A stretch of DNA of 63,112 nucleotides, filler included, from Perkinsus chesapeaki ATCC PRA-425 (taxonomy: Eukaryota > Protista > Perkinsozoa), in assembly GCA_013115145.1 (NCBI GenBank). It is 9 parts of 9 records of this genome, joined end to end, with 100 filler letters (N's around TTAATTAATTAA, not from the genome) between each part and the next. Parts side by side here need not be neighbours in the genome. Positions count along the whole stretch, not along the records: positions 29,493 to 55,376 come from JAAPAO010000517.1; 8 more parts are not named here. One strand, given 5' to 3'. Shown here in pieces: positions 37,383 to 50,192 of this stretch. Under the pieces are notes generated by a model, which saw only the letters and a list, made by a program, of their open reading frames with translations, was not told the origin of the DNA and searched no databases. Numbering within the stretch: the first letter of the stretch is position 1; every line of letters starts with the position of its first letter. A program made the position numbers and the translations under genes.

Positions 37383-40300
37383 ATGCTCTCTCTTGTCAAG
37401 AATCTCTTCAGTAGACCAACGCAGCCTACCTCCGAGGATCGAGATGATGATGCAGATGATGGAAGCCGCATCGGTGAGGACTTGGACCTTTCAGAAATAA
37501 CATTTTCGGGAATAACGTGTAAAAATAAGTTTCCAGGCAATCGACTCCAGAATAACACTTTACTAGTGTAAAAATAAAGGACCGTCAGAAGTTATTGTGT
37601 AACATTTTGCTTTTGTAACCCCACTCACTTGACCCACCAAAGGCCCTTATTAAGTAAGTTGTCTACGACTAACTCGACCAGAATCAAATAGGAATCAAAA
37701 ATCTAGTAAACAATCTCCAAAGATTCAACCCATCCATTCCAAGGATGGATTCATCGGACAAGCTCCCGACTCTACTGAACAGTCATTCTCGTTTAGATTC
37801 GCTCAAAGGTCCCTCTGGCCAGCCGGGATGCGCCATCGATCTCCTAAAGGGTGACTTCTTCGTACTTGACGGAGGTGAATGGACCAGTCTGGCTGATGGG
37901 GTAATGACAGAGGGTCATCTATTAACCTTCTATGAATCTTTTGGCGGTTTCAGCTCTGTAGTGTTACATTCGATGAGGCCCTTGGTAAGATGCATGTCTC
38001 GCAGGAGGATGAACAAGTTGAGGAAGTATTCAATGTAAGCTTGGATGGGAGGCAAGCGGACATCGACAGGAGCCTCCGAGGAGTCATAAAATGACATTAA
38101 TGGATACTTTTATTGGGAATGAATACTCCATAATTTCAAGGAATTGACCAACATGGCTTCGATCGCTAAAACACTTCCCCTCGGATATTCTCGTCTAGTT
38201 CGGATGTACCTTCTCTCACCATCTCCATCATCGCAGTTTAGATTGTATTTCCGCACGGAGAATGCGGGTCTTGGACGATCGATGAATCTCCGAGTGAAGT
38301 GCTGTTTGAGTTCCGCTATTGAGAGCTTGGTAATGTTTACTTTGAAATGAAAACCATTCCGACTTTCCCAATTTCAAGCGTGACACACTTGCCTTGAGAT
38401 GATGGACTACACCGGTTCACCGACCGCAGACCTAAAGGGCTGTAGAATCTTTCTACAAAAGACACTGAAGGACAGCCCAGTGATAGTAGATTACAGTACC
38501 GCCAGCAAGACTCTCATCGAATGAAAGCACGTGAACCTTTCACTGTTTCAAGTGTTAGATCGTTCAAATCAGTTTTAGTCATTTCTATTTTATTCTTTCA
38601 TTGATACTAGCACTCCCCTATTTACTATTAACCTACATAGTAATATTTCAAAATATACAATGCTCGGATGAAATGGGAAGATACTTTCATATTAGGTCCA
38701 ACAGATGACAAATGTGCAACGTTACAGCGATCCAGACGATGGCTATCCGTGTGTTCAATGGATAGTAAGTTACATCTCATACCGACTTTTCCACAACTAA
38801 CCTAACTTTATAACAGGTGGTTACGAAGAGTGATAATATGAGCGAGTGGGGGATCAAGTTTAGGAATGAAGAAGCAGTTGATGAGTTCGTCAGGTCCGGT
38901 CATGGAGGGATATTAGTTACTGCATATCATGTTCTTGCTCGGGGATGCATCTATCATTTTCAAGAATATATCTCTCGAAGGCGCTGTATCTCCATCGCTC
39001 CATAGTTTAACCCCGAGCTGACTGCTCTTCAACTCTATTCAGCAACATTTAGAGATCATTGCGGTGTGCTATGCAACGGTTCAGATTTAAAATATTATTT
39101 GCTTGAAATATTTCGGCAGTTCTTGCGGGTGCGTAAATTTCTTTAATGTGCTTGACGAACAAAGTTGGTTTAAATTGAAGATGTGGTGATCCTCAGGCAA
39201 GTGGAGATGCTAGGTCAAGCAGAGTCAACAATAGTAAGCCAGATAGATGGTCTCAGTATGCTGGCTCGAGAAGGTATACAAGAAAAATATTCCCAACTTA
39301 GTCACATTTCAGGCCCGGGTGAATGGGCACCTGTTGGGCACCCGAACGCCGTGATGGTGATGATAACTCAACGAAAGGATTTCGAGGCGCATCTAGTCAT
39401 TTCTGATCGTAGTGCCACCCGGGGGTCATCGTCGGGCGCCTCGGAGATGCGCTTCTTTAAAATAATAAATGGTTCTTAGTGCATAGATATGGTCAATCAA
39501 TATTTGTTAGTTGTCGAGGGAGGAAATAAAAAGCTTGAAAAATGACAAAAACTGAAACGTTCTAGGAGGAATACTTTCACTGTGAAAGTAGATTGTGAAT
39601 ACTTTCATGAGAAAGTCTCACAATGAGAAAGGAGACCTCACTTGCCGAGTTATTTGACTTTTTCAGAGGCCGATGACAGTCTCTTGTACAGCGGAGCGAT
39701 CACGGCTGGTTTGGGATTCAAATATGAGTGGCCGAAGATAATGTAATAAGGAAGTGGTGGGGGAATAGTTGGAAGATAATGAAGTATTCTTAGGGGTTCT
39801 CTTTGTCCATTTTGGGGAAGGCGATTTATTATAACGCTAATTTGATGTGTATGGAGTTCAAGCGCTTCGGGCAAGTAAATGGCGCTTATTAGTCAACTCG
39901 GGTTAAAGAAAAGGAAGCTATGAAAATTATAATAAGAAAAATCACATGGCCCGATCCCTGCGTCTGAAAGTAGACGGACTCGGTCTGGCCGAGAAGGGAT
40001 TACCTTCCTGTAATGAGAGTACAATAATTATTATATCTAGCATGGCGGTCAATTCGATAGGGGATATGTTACTAATAAAGTGGTCGACCATGTATATGGT
40101 ATGAACTATGTCTTGCTGCCTTACGTAGCTGTAGGTGTTATGAGAGTAGAACTAATGTGATTATAGAATATCTGATATAATGTTAAAACCGATAGCGAGT
40201 GATAAATATGAACTGCCTCAAATGATTCCTCCTGTGGCAGGTTCCTCGGCTTCTCCCCTTTGTCCTCCAAAACGCCAGTGCTGGCCATTGAGTGTATGTG

Positions 40301-43300
40301 CATGCGTGCAAGCTCACCTAACTAGTATCATCTTTCAGGTCCTTCTCATGATGCCTTTGCGTCCCTTTGCGCTGCCCTGGATAAAGTTCAAGCGGAAAGG
40401 CGGTTTAAGAAGAAAAGTAATGAGGAGTATCTAAGGTTGAAGCGCGCATTCCACTCTGATGGGATTGTTCCAATAGGAGTTCCGAGTGCAGTGGCCACTG
40501 CTGCCTTGACGATTTTCGAGGGGTCATCGAGAATCTTGAAAATGTGTTCTAGGAAGCGGAGTTGAAAAAATAGTTTACTGCTTCCGCAAAATGCCAGGGA
40601 ACTTCGATAGATGGTTAAAGTATAGGACGGTGGTAGTGTCGGAGTTTTACATCGACAAATCGAAGAACCTCCTCAGCTTAGATTGTGTCATAGATATTCT
40701 CACTTTATTGCTCATTCTTCAACTTGGTTCATATTATTAACTTAGCGATTATTTTATCAAGGTTATAGTCTATAATTTATAGATAATGAAATAATTATCA
40801 TCCGAGGACATGCAATTACTTATTCATAAAAGCTCACCATTATTTTCCTTCAGTAACAACCCAGGCCCCCAAGGACGAGTTTTATGACGTAGATGGCGAT
40901 GAGGAGACGGCGGAGCGAAGCGGTAATTCATTATTCTTTTCATTTCCCTCATCCTTTCTTCAGGAGAGCCTCAGTCGTCTGATGATGATGAAGATGCATG
41001 GTCGAGTGAGGACGAGTATGAGGGTTCACCGGTGAAGACATATCCTAGGAAACAGGTTGGTCATTATAGTGAGGTCAATTTCGTGGCGAGTGACGGAGTG
41101 TGGGGAGTCGTTATAAAAAGCTCATCGAGTTGTTTTTGGGTATATAGTTAGTGGCATGACACTTCCATTGGTGACAGGGGGTTATCTACCCTCACAGAAA
41201 TGTGCTCCTCAGAGAGCAAAGAGTCATGCTGCGGAGATGCTATAGGAGCATGTTTTGCTAGAAAATATGCTTCTTCAAAAGCATCCCTTCTGGGCCTAGC
41301 GTCTCACCTTCTTGTGTCAGTCCCTGAGCATAGACTGCATTTTGGTAACATTCTTGAAGTACTAAACTCAGCAGTGAGATTGGCTTCGAAGAATAGGCTA
41401 TCGCTGCTGCGCTGAAATGTTGAAGCTCTTTCGAACGTTGTGCTAGGAATACCTTTCGTATCTTCTTCAAAATATCTTTGGTATCTTTCGTATCTTCGTG
41501 AGATCCGCCGCTAAATTCTTTATGTTTATTGAAGCTTAATGTGGCTTTATTTCGTTTGATGAAATAAAATTATGCGATGTGATTAAATAATTATGTGATT
41601 AATTTCTTCCCCTCTCGTGGTGAAATAAATTATGCTCAGAATGCTCGCGAAGGCGGCGGTGCAGAAAGCAATAGACTAATGGGCACTTCCAAGAGAGTCG
41701 GGGGAGACAGAGCATTTGTGTGGAGGACCAAGGTGAGACTGTGATGATACTTGATGGACTTGATTTCCTTCAATAGGTTATGAACAGACGCCAAGGAGGA
41801 AGGCATGAAGCAGGCGGAGGAGCTAACATGAATGTAGCTCAGTTCGTTGGTGTTCTGGTTTATTAACCTTTCCACCCAAGTTCGAATCGCACTTTAGTCA
41901 TTTTAGGTTTTAAGAATGGATTCTGATGGACTGGAGCAAGTGACGAGAATTAATAATGTAAGTGAGTGGCAGAAGAGAAAGTGAAATTGTAGATTCTGGC
42001 TCGGGGTGTGCGTCTGCGTGCAGCAAACACCCTAGATTAAGGATCATCTAAACCCTTTCTGTTGGGTTTAACGTGTCTGTCACCTCATAATTGCTTCCTA
42101 TAAACTCGGATGCATTCCCTGTTGAAGCGTTGAACTCAGAATCTCGTTCCGGTATAGCCCGTAGTTATAGCAAGTTTTACCGTCTACCACTTTCTGTTCA
42201 TTGAGATCTGAAAATTATTTTGATGACTTAGTTTATTGAAAGACATAAACCTCACGAAGGTCAGTTCGAATGTTCTAAGTTTTGTTGTCTGCACTTGTGT
42301 GAATTGTTGAATAATTTCCCAATTTTCGGAGCGTTTGTGACCATGATCGTTTGCAGATCCTCTATAAAGGTGAAGGCGTCTGTCCGACAGCTTGCATGAT
42401 GCATGAGGGTGACAACAAGATGCTTTTATTGGACCATAGTGAGTAACTGATCACCGAAATAGGATTATTGCACTCTTTAGCCAATCCTATGGACGCTGAC
42501 AAAGTCCTCTGCATGGACCTGAACGTTGGGAAAGTGGTAGGTGCATGTTGTTGACCTTCTTCAGTTTTGGCTTAGGAATATGTGATGAACTTTTTTATCG
42601 ATTTGATAAGTTTAATTCATTAGAATTTCGGGGATGTGGCCCGGCTGAGCTACAGAATGTTTAGGTCATTTTGCAAAGTTTTATGAAAAGTAGAACCGAA
42701 TAATAATACAATAAGGAAGTCTAATTACGTAGTTGGGAAACTAAATCCGTTCGTTAGTGAGGTGAACTTTGTTTTTGCGAATATTTCTGCCTCAGCTGTT
42801 GATAGAACTTCTGATAGGTTCAAGAATGGAATGCGGACAGCATGAGGGTGAATAGTCTGGTACCGACATCGAAGACGGCACAGAGTAAGGAGGAGGGGAG
42901 GGGTGATTCGGCCGAGTGGTAATCGAGTCGAGATAGCCAACTGTCTAGGCTGTCGCTGAGGGCGAGAGACTCTCCCGGAGAGTTCGGTGGGGATTTCTAA
43001 ATTTCCGAGAAAAGTAATTAAGCGGACGGAACTGAAAAGCTCAAGAATGATGCTTGGCAAACGTTGTTTCTAGTGGGGAGTTATAAATTCAGGCTTTATG
43101 TCTCCATAGGTGGCGAAATTGCACAAATTCTGTCTCCTTCAATTTCCCTAACTCTTGTGGTAGGCACCGGGGAGCAGTGCTTCATGGGAATGAATGATAA
43201 AGCAGTGTTTGTTATGGATCCGAGGCTTGATTCTAGGAAAACCAACCGGGTAGGATTTGCTGGTTAATTCATACCACATTTCTCTCTAATCACAGGCTCA

Positions 43301-45770
43301 AACTTACGCTTATGCCAGTAACGTTAAGTTGAGCGCAGCAGCAACCGACGGAGGTGGAAGATTTGTAAAGATATCTTGGTGCACACAAGCTGACCTATTT
43401 TGTATCTTTTGCCAGGCTCTCGGAAACCGTATTGGTGAGTATAGATTGTTTGATGGTCAGACGAACAAGGATGGTCAAATTAAGAGATGCAAGACGCTGC
43501 TGAAGGGAACTGGGGATCCAATCATTAAAGTTGATGTCACGTAAGCCTTGTCTTAGTATTTATGAAAAAGACGGAAGCGGATTCTGGTGATTTCTGAAAT
43601 TTCCAATTCAACATGACCAGAGCATCGAACAAGCGCATCAATCGCAGGAAACATAAAAGTTGGCTGTGGAAGTGTAAATGATCTACAACTCTTACAAACG
43701 CGTGTGGGTCAATGTTGTTATCGATCTCGTAGTTCGGACCATTTGACAGCTTTGTTTTTCTAGCGAACTCACTCACGCGCAACCCCTTATAAGGCGGAAA
43801 CCATGAAAACTGGAACCCATCTATCGAAGAGAGCAGCTCACTGGTGGTGAACACCAGGGTCGACGACGCTCTCTTTGCTCGCACCACTTTCATAATCCTG
43901 AAAAGCCAACTCGGATGCACGTGACATGTCAAACTACCTTAGTGGCAGCTGCTCGCGGACTGCCCTCAGTGTTGTGGGGAAGTTCGAACTCCTTGACCCA
44001 TTCCCTTACCGATTTCCGAGTGCAATCGAAAAGCTCGGCAACCATCGACTCCGAATCCCACCGAGACTGATTTAGAACATAGACACCGCGAAGCGCGAAA
44101 TGACAAGCCAGACGCTTTTTGAACTCGACTGACATCTCATCCAGCGGATTTTCATCCTGCAACCTTTGCAGAAGTGCGTCCACCTTGGCCGCTTTTTCTG
44201 CTCTTTTTTGGTTCCTCTCCTCCAAGCTGCTTCTGGTCGAACGGGACGATTGCTTCCGTCGAGTCAGCCGGCTCTTTTTGACCTTCATTCGTGGTTTGGG
44301 TTTCCGCGGTCCCCGAGGCCTCCCCAGCGCCGGTTTACTGGGTCTCCGAGTGTCCACCAGGCATAAAAGTTTTGACCTTCCAGAAGGTTTTTTGAGACGC
44401 TCGGACCTTCTCCTCGGACCGTTGGCTGCTTCGCTGGCCTTCCTTCTCCAATAAGGGGAGAGATCCTCCTCGGCGCTGCCGTCGTTGATGGTGCTCTGGG
44501 CTGATGATGACTGGGTGGAGGGGATGTCTTCGGGAGAGCTGTCCATATGCCAAGAGTGGAGGCGAATAACTACCCGGTTGCGAATGATTTTTCGAAGTGT
44601 TCTTCGCTCCCACTCCAAGGATTTTCTCGACTGAGCAGGCCAGTAGCAGCATTTGAGAGTAGCTCAAGGATTGATATACGATGTGAGTAGCCCTGTTAGG
44701 CTCCACTCCATTCAGCCCCATGACGACACCACACCCTTTATTTTCGATATAAGAATGCTCCGGCTTTGTAATCCACTTGCAGTGGGATGCAATAAGTTGT
44801 TCCTGCAATGGAAACTTCCCATCCTCCACAACTGAAGCACTCACTCGGTGCTTCAAAGTGCGTAGTTTTGGAGTCGTCGTTCACTAATACCACATCGCAA
44901 TGCTCAAGCGGGATGTGTTGTAAATGGGAATTCGTGGGGAGAGCGGAACAATCGGCATAGTTTCTCGTATACCCTCAGACTCAGCAAAGAGAACTTGTGT
45001 TTTCGGTCGTCGAAGGTTTCATCAGGTTTGATGGCCGGTATGTTCTTGGCACCACTGCGAAGTATTTGGTGCTCATCGACACTCAGCTGTCCGGAGGCAT
45101 CACCGGCTTCGACAAGTCTATGGGGCAAAACGCACCCGAATTGATATCCATCAGTTTGACACAAGAGGACTTTATCAAGTAGGGAGGGCGGAGCGAAGCG
45201 ATTCATGTTTGCATTTGTTCGAGTTGTCAGATACGGATTGAAAGATATCAACTTCACTCCAGCGAGATTCGAGAGTGGCGACCATGGCGAGGAGAGCATC
45301 GTGACGACCACCGGGAGTCTGATGGTCAGCTGGAAATTAAAGGTGACGAAACTGCGGCAATCCTCGTCGGTTTCGAGATTCTTTCAGGAGTCATGGTGTA
45401 AGATGAGATTTTAGGTCGAGAAGGGATTCACTTGATGTTTGCTTTTATTCAAATTCTCTCGTGAAATTCCCGACGTGTCTCAGCATTAAGATTATAGTTT
45501 GACGTTCGGAGAATACATTTGTGTGGGACTAGAAGGCTCTCTGAGTCTGAACTCATCACTTCTTACGTGCACAATAGTAGTTGACGATAACGATAATATT
45601 ATTATCATAATAAGTTACTGATTCATTGAGTGTGCTTCAGGACGTTCTACGCGGCAGAACCAACAAGTATTCGTTGAAGCCTATGGGCGACTATATCGTC
45701 GCCACCGAGTCTGCCCCGGGCGCCACGGAGAGCTCGGCGTCAGGAAGCGCCGTAGTCGCAATGTAAGGCT
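37383..45770 (+). CDS. VID27: VID27/CYPRO4-like vacuolar import/degradation protein, many exons, several long introns
   Basis: DRAFVWR, MMHEGDNKMLLLD, MDLNVGKVV, FMGMNDKAVFVMDPRL, GEYRLFD, KTLLKGTGDPIIKVDVT|FDGRYVLGTTAKYLVLIDT and NFTPARFE..EESIVTTTG follow the VID27 domain order. 3' end approximate. Confidence 0.85.
43929..44618 (-). mobile_element. Nested antisense ORF in VID27 intron: AT-hook-like plus HTH, probable transposase N-terminal fragment
   Basis: 229-aa ORF (likely ATG 44546) inside intron 43541-45025. Basic GRPRGPRK region, then ESMVAELFDCTRKSVREWVKEF helix-turn-helix. No DDE core and no TIRs found. Confidence 0.5.
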
Positions 45771-46676
45771 CGGAAATCATGTGCTTATTGGAAATTAAAC
45801 TACTCGCGTTAACTAAACCCTACGTACTCGTCATTGTTTGAAAGCGGGTTGGAAAGTTACAGGAGTTGTTGGGCAACTGCAGGCTGCAGTTGCGTTGGGC
45901 AACTAGCCGTGTGCGCAGTGCGTTTGCGTACAGGATGCGTCGCGCGCCCCGGCAGTGTTGCCTGTTTCCTTTCGCATTTTAAAGTTTAGAATTCGAGCTC
46001 GATTTGCAAAGTGATTTGCTTGGTTTTCTGGGGCTAGTCGCCGTACGGGTACATATTAGTAGAAAAATGTTTCCTTTACGGTATATCCAATAGATTAGCG
46101 GAGTTCTGGTGCCAGTGTGTCACCTCTGTCAGGTATCAGGATTCCATCGATTTGGCTCGTCGCAGGAGAAGTCATCGTCATTAAATCGTTCGTGCACTAA
46201 ACGTTGAATTATCAATTTCTTATGCTTTGAAGTACCCCAGTCGAGTCAAGTGTTTCAATGTCATCAAAGGCTAGGTTGAGACAGCACAATCAACCCCCCC
46301 AAGTGGGCCCTCCAGTAGAACGAGACTAGAGGGAACTTCAAACCTCTGAGATTTCCCTTTCTTTTATGGTCCAAAGGCGCGTGAGGGTTTGGTGGTGTGC
46401 GCGGTCTCTGTTTGCACTTCGTAGTTGTCCCATGAATATTGCTAGCTTCGTTTTCTAGCGTCGCGCGCCTTTCAAACCGGACGTGGTGTTATTTAATTTC
46501 CAAATTTATTTAAATCCCCTTTCGCGTCTGTGCTTTTGCACCTGTCCTGCCCCGGTATGTTCGGAACGTTCGCCAGTCTAGGAGGCGTGACGCGACACTT
46601 GATTCTGTCTCCTTTTGTGAATCGACGGGGACGCCCGAGACTTCCAATTTCTTAGGTGTAGCTTCACTTATTTTGT

Positions 46677-47700
46677 ATGGGTAACATTCCCCCGTCTTCT
46701 AAACCCCTTCACTCTTGCCGTCCACGCTATCGTCTGTCCAAGACTATGCCCCCCTCTCGGTCGGGTTCGGAGACCTCGGTCACCTCAAGGGCCTCGACGA
46801 GCGTCTCAGCCGTGGACTTGCACCCCTTACCAGCGAGGACTACTACAAGTTCTAGCCGAAGAAGCTGCCCTATTAAGCGTCAGTCAGCTATTAATTTATG
46901 CGTGGTCTCGAGACCGTGCTTGAAGAAGAGCGCGACGGCCCCGCCGCCGTGATTGTACATGATCTATATTATTGATGCGTTGAATGCTTCTTAAATTGTT
47001 ATTAATGCCCTTGTCTATGCTTTTGTAGTTCTGTCGTCGTGATAAGCCCTCTTACTACTGCAGAGCTGAAATGTTATCCAAAAGGGAAGTCCCAGTAGTA
47101 GCTTCGTCGATAATGTCAGCGCCACGTCGTTGCCGATTAACGATAGCTAATCACTATTAATGGTTACTGGTTTATTGCCAGCGAACTTATAGATCCTCGC
47201 GAGCTAATGTTATGTTGAGTTACAAACAGTCTTGGACAAAAGCAGCGACGAAGGAACTTCCTTTAAGGAAGTGAAACCCACTCAGTTAGAATCACTCAGC
47301 CGCCCTGCGTTAGTGAGACTAAATATGTCGGCTCGCTGCATGGTACAGATTATAGATAGCCTTCAACTTCGTAATGAACTATCCGGGGTACAACACGAGA
47401 TGAGAGCTGTTGGATGACCGTACTACGGTTACCCAAAACACATTTGTCGAAAAGCGCTTTCCGACATCGAAGGTGGTAGTTCCACCGTGGAACAAACATC
47501 TCGAGGATCTAATGTATTTACTGTGGCTGATGGGCATCGCTAAGCGGCGCCTTGAGCGTAACTAACTACGCGGTAGTGTCATCCACGGTAACTTGGTGTA
47601 TCCAAAGGATAGTAATATAGCTCTTCAATATAATGTCGGAGTACACCGCGTATTCACGTTCTTGTTCTGTCAAGGTTTTCAATATGTCCCCCGCATTAAG
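46677..47700 (+). CDS. Possible multi-exon hypothetical protein (Ser-rich)
   Basis: Several short open segments with intron-like separators. No domain recognised. Confidence 0.25.
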
Positions 47701-47891
47701 AACAGTCTTGAACCCTCGACTTAGGTGAAGCTAGACGAATCGATGCTTCTTTACTTTACTAGCTTGTTACACAACTCCCACTTGAGGATAACACAACGCA
47801 ATGTAGAATGCGTTAGTTGTAGACCATGCTAAGGCGGCGGAGGGCAAAATGTCCCACGGGGACTTCCAACTCGCCAATAGACCGACAGAAA

Positions 47892-48968
47892 TCACGCCAA
47901 GACTTGGTTGGACCAGGCGTAAATAAAGAAGACTAGACCAACTAAAGACTCAATTTTAAATACTCTACCAGCAAATTTAGCACTACTGGACTTGCTATAT
48001 AGCACCTCCTCGTAGCTAATGAAGAAGGCTATATCTGCTATGTAGTAGACAGAAAGCAGTGTAGATTTGAGCATAAAATAGGATACCTGAAGGAGGAGAG
48101 ATAGCCCAAGATGGTTACCGGCAGCGACCTACCAGCATGTGGCAAAACGTTAAAGTACACGTTAAAAGACTTGTCCACATTCTTCCAGCCTTTACGGCTG
48201 TAGTTCTCTTTCCAACCTTGGCGTCATCTTCTCGGTCGAGAATCTCAGCGTAGAGCTCGGATCTGGCCACCGCCAGCACGTGGAACAACCACGCACCTGA
48301 AGATGGAATACTAGGCGACAGCGAATCCCATATCACAGTGAGCCAACAAAATCACGGTACTATTGAATATAACGACACGCCTCAGAATGGCTAGTACTTC
48401 TGAATACGAGCTAACAACATTGAAATCGCCGGACAGACTTACCTAGTGATGGCAGCGGCACGTTGTTGAGCTCACACGAAAATAGTGCCAGAAAGACGAC
48501 CGACATCATGACACAGGGAATCTCCCATGGCCCCTTACGTGAAAGAGCAAACGGAGGGACATTGTAGAGAACATTCGAGAGCATGTACAGGGCGAGCCAC
48601 ATGAAAGGTTTCAAATTGTCAGTGATAGCAACGAGTGCAGCAATCGGAAAAAGGTTACACAGTATTATAATCAGTGGTAGCTCGGCAAGCTCTGCCTGGC
48701 TGGCCTTGGCACCGAAGTAGTAGTTACCCTTACGGTCATTGAGTTGATCAGTGTCGAAATCAACCATATCATTGAGTCCGTAAGTAAATAGATTCAACGG
48801 AAAAGTACAATAGAAGAAGCCTATGAGGAACTGAGGCGTCGAGCAGACCGCCCAATAGCCGCCGGTAGGCCATACAAAGAACCAAGCCAGAACAAACCAA
48901 AGGCCGGGACGAGACAATTGGAGAACACTCCTCCACGTCAAAGCTTTGAGAAGAGATGGCGAAGTCAT
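47892..48968 (-). CDS. UbiA-superfamily prenyltransferase, 3 exons
   Basis: SRPGLW, first Asp motif YGLNDMVDFDTDQLNDRKG, YNVPPF, second motif EILDREDDAKVGKRTTAV, multiple TM segments. Confidence 0.9.
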
Positions 48969-50192
48969 CGAGCAACCCTTGAGGGAAAACAAACTGTAAT
49001 AATAAACAATACCCACTTGACGTTAAAGCTGGTCTCAATGCTGTGTAGTAGACACTGGAACACAACGAGTACGATGAAATTGTCAGAGCGACACGCCCAT
49101 TTCGAGGCGATCTTTGGTGAAGGAAACTCTAAAGTTTTACAGGGTATTTAACATTGAGGCGAAGAGCCTAGAAACATATCTCTATCACATCGTAAAACTA
49201 ATCGTACGACTTGGGTATCCTGTACGCACCCTGCCCATCCAAATTATTCACGCGCCATACTGGATACATCTCTGAAACGGTTACATCTTGTCACCGTTTC
49301 GTTGCACAACTCTGTGACACAGAAGGATCGTTCAATAAACCGATTTTGAAGTTCAGAGTCGATTCCAGAAATGCTTTTTACACGTAAAATGCGATGCTGG
49401 AATCGATTCTGAATCTCGGAATTGGTTTAATGAACATTGGGAGAATATTGGTATTGTTTTGCCGAGTTCTGCAATTGCACAGTCTGTGTCACTCGGCCCC
49501 ATAATACCAATATTCTGTGGAATAACAACGCCGGAGCTTGCTGGGTTGGCTACCTTTCATTGTCGCTTCGATAATAACTTCAACGCAATTCGGATGATGC
49601 TCAAATTAACCATGCTCAGCAGCAGCGGCTTCACGGCGTTTATACTTATAACGATTTCGGCTTCTTACGTCCCAGAAGGGATACACTTTAGTATGATTAT
49701 GATGGCGGTGGTGATTCAACCAAAAAGAACAACCAGTGTGAGTATCATTTTAATGTTGTTGTTGACGAGGATGAGTGCTACAATACTTAAGCGATCGTGA
49801 TGCTGCAAATAATAATAATAAGAAGAAGTGATACGGACGAGCTAGAGAACTAAAAATACCGTGCAAAGTTGTGATGATAATAACCAAGATGATGATAATA
49901 ACTAATTACGACCAGATCATGATCGACAGCGTCAGTGGGCTTCCCGAAAGCCGCTCGATTGTAATAATAGTTTATGAAATATACTACTAGCAAGTGATCT
50001 ACTCTTGCTTAATAATAGTAGTGTTATGGTGTGTTAATCAACTCTTCGACGACGATCACGACGAAAACCAATTCTCTACATTTAACTGCCACTATCAACA
50101 GCACCATTTCACAGAGATAAAATAACCTGGCAAGGTTATCTGTACCCAACAAATCGGACATATTCAGTCTTACTTGTTCAGAGTATTACGAA

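Noticed and set aside
48103-48122. Minus-strand CCGGTAACCATCTTGGGCT resembling the perkinsid/dinoflagellate spliced leader
   Set aside because: Only a 9-nt exact core, located inside a ~46-nt intron of the UbiA gene rather than upstream of a start codon. Chance is likely.
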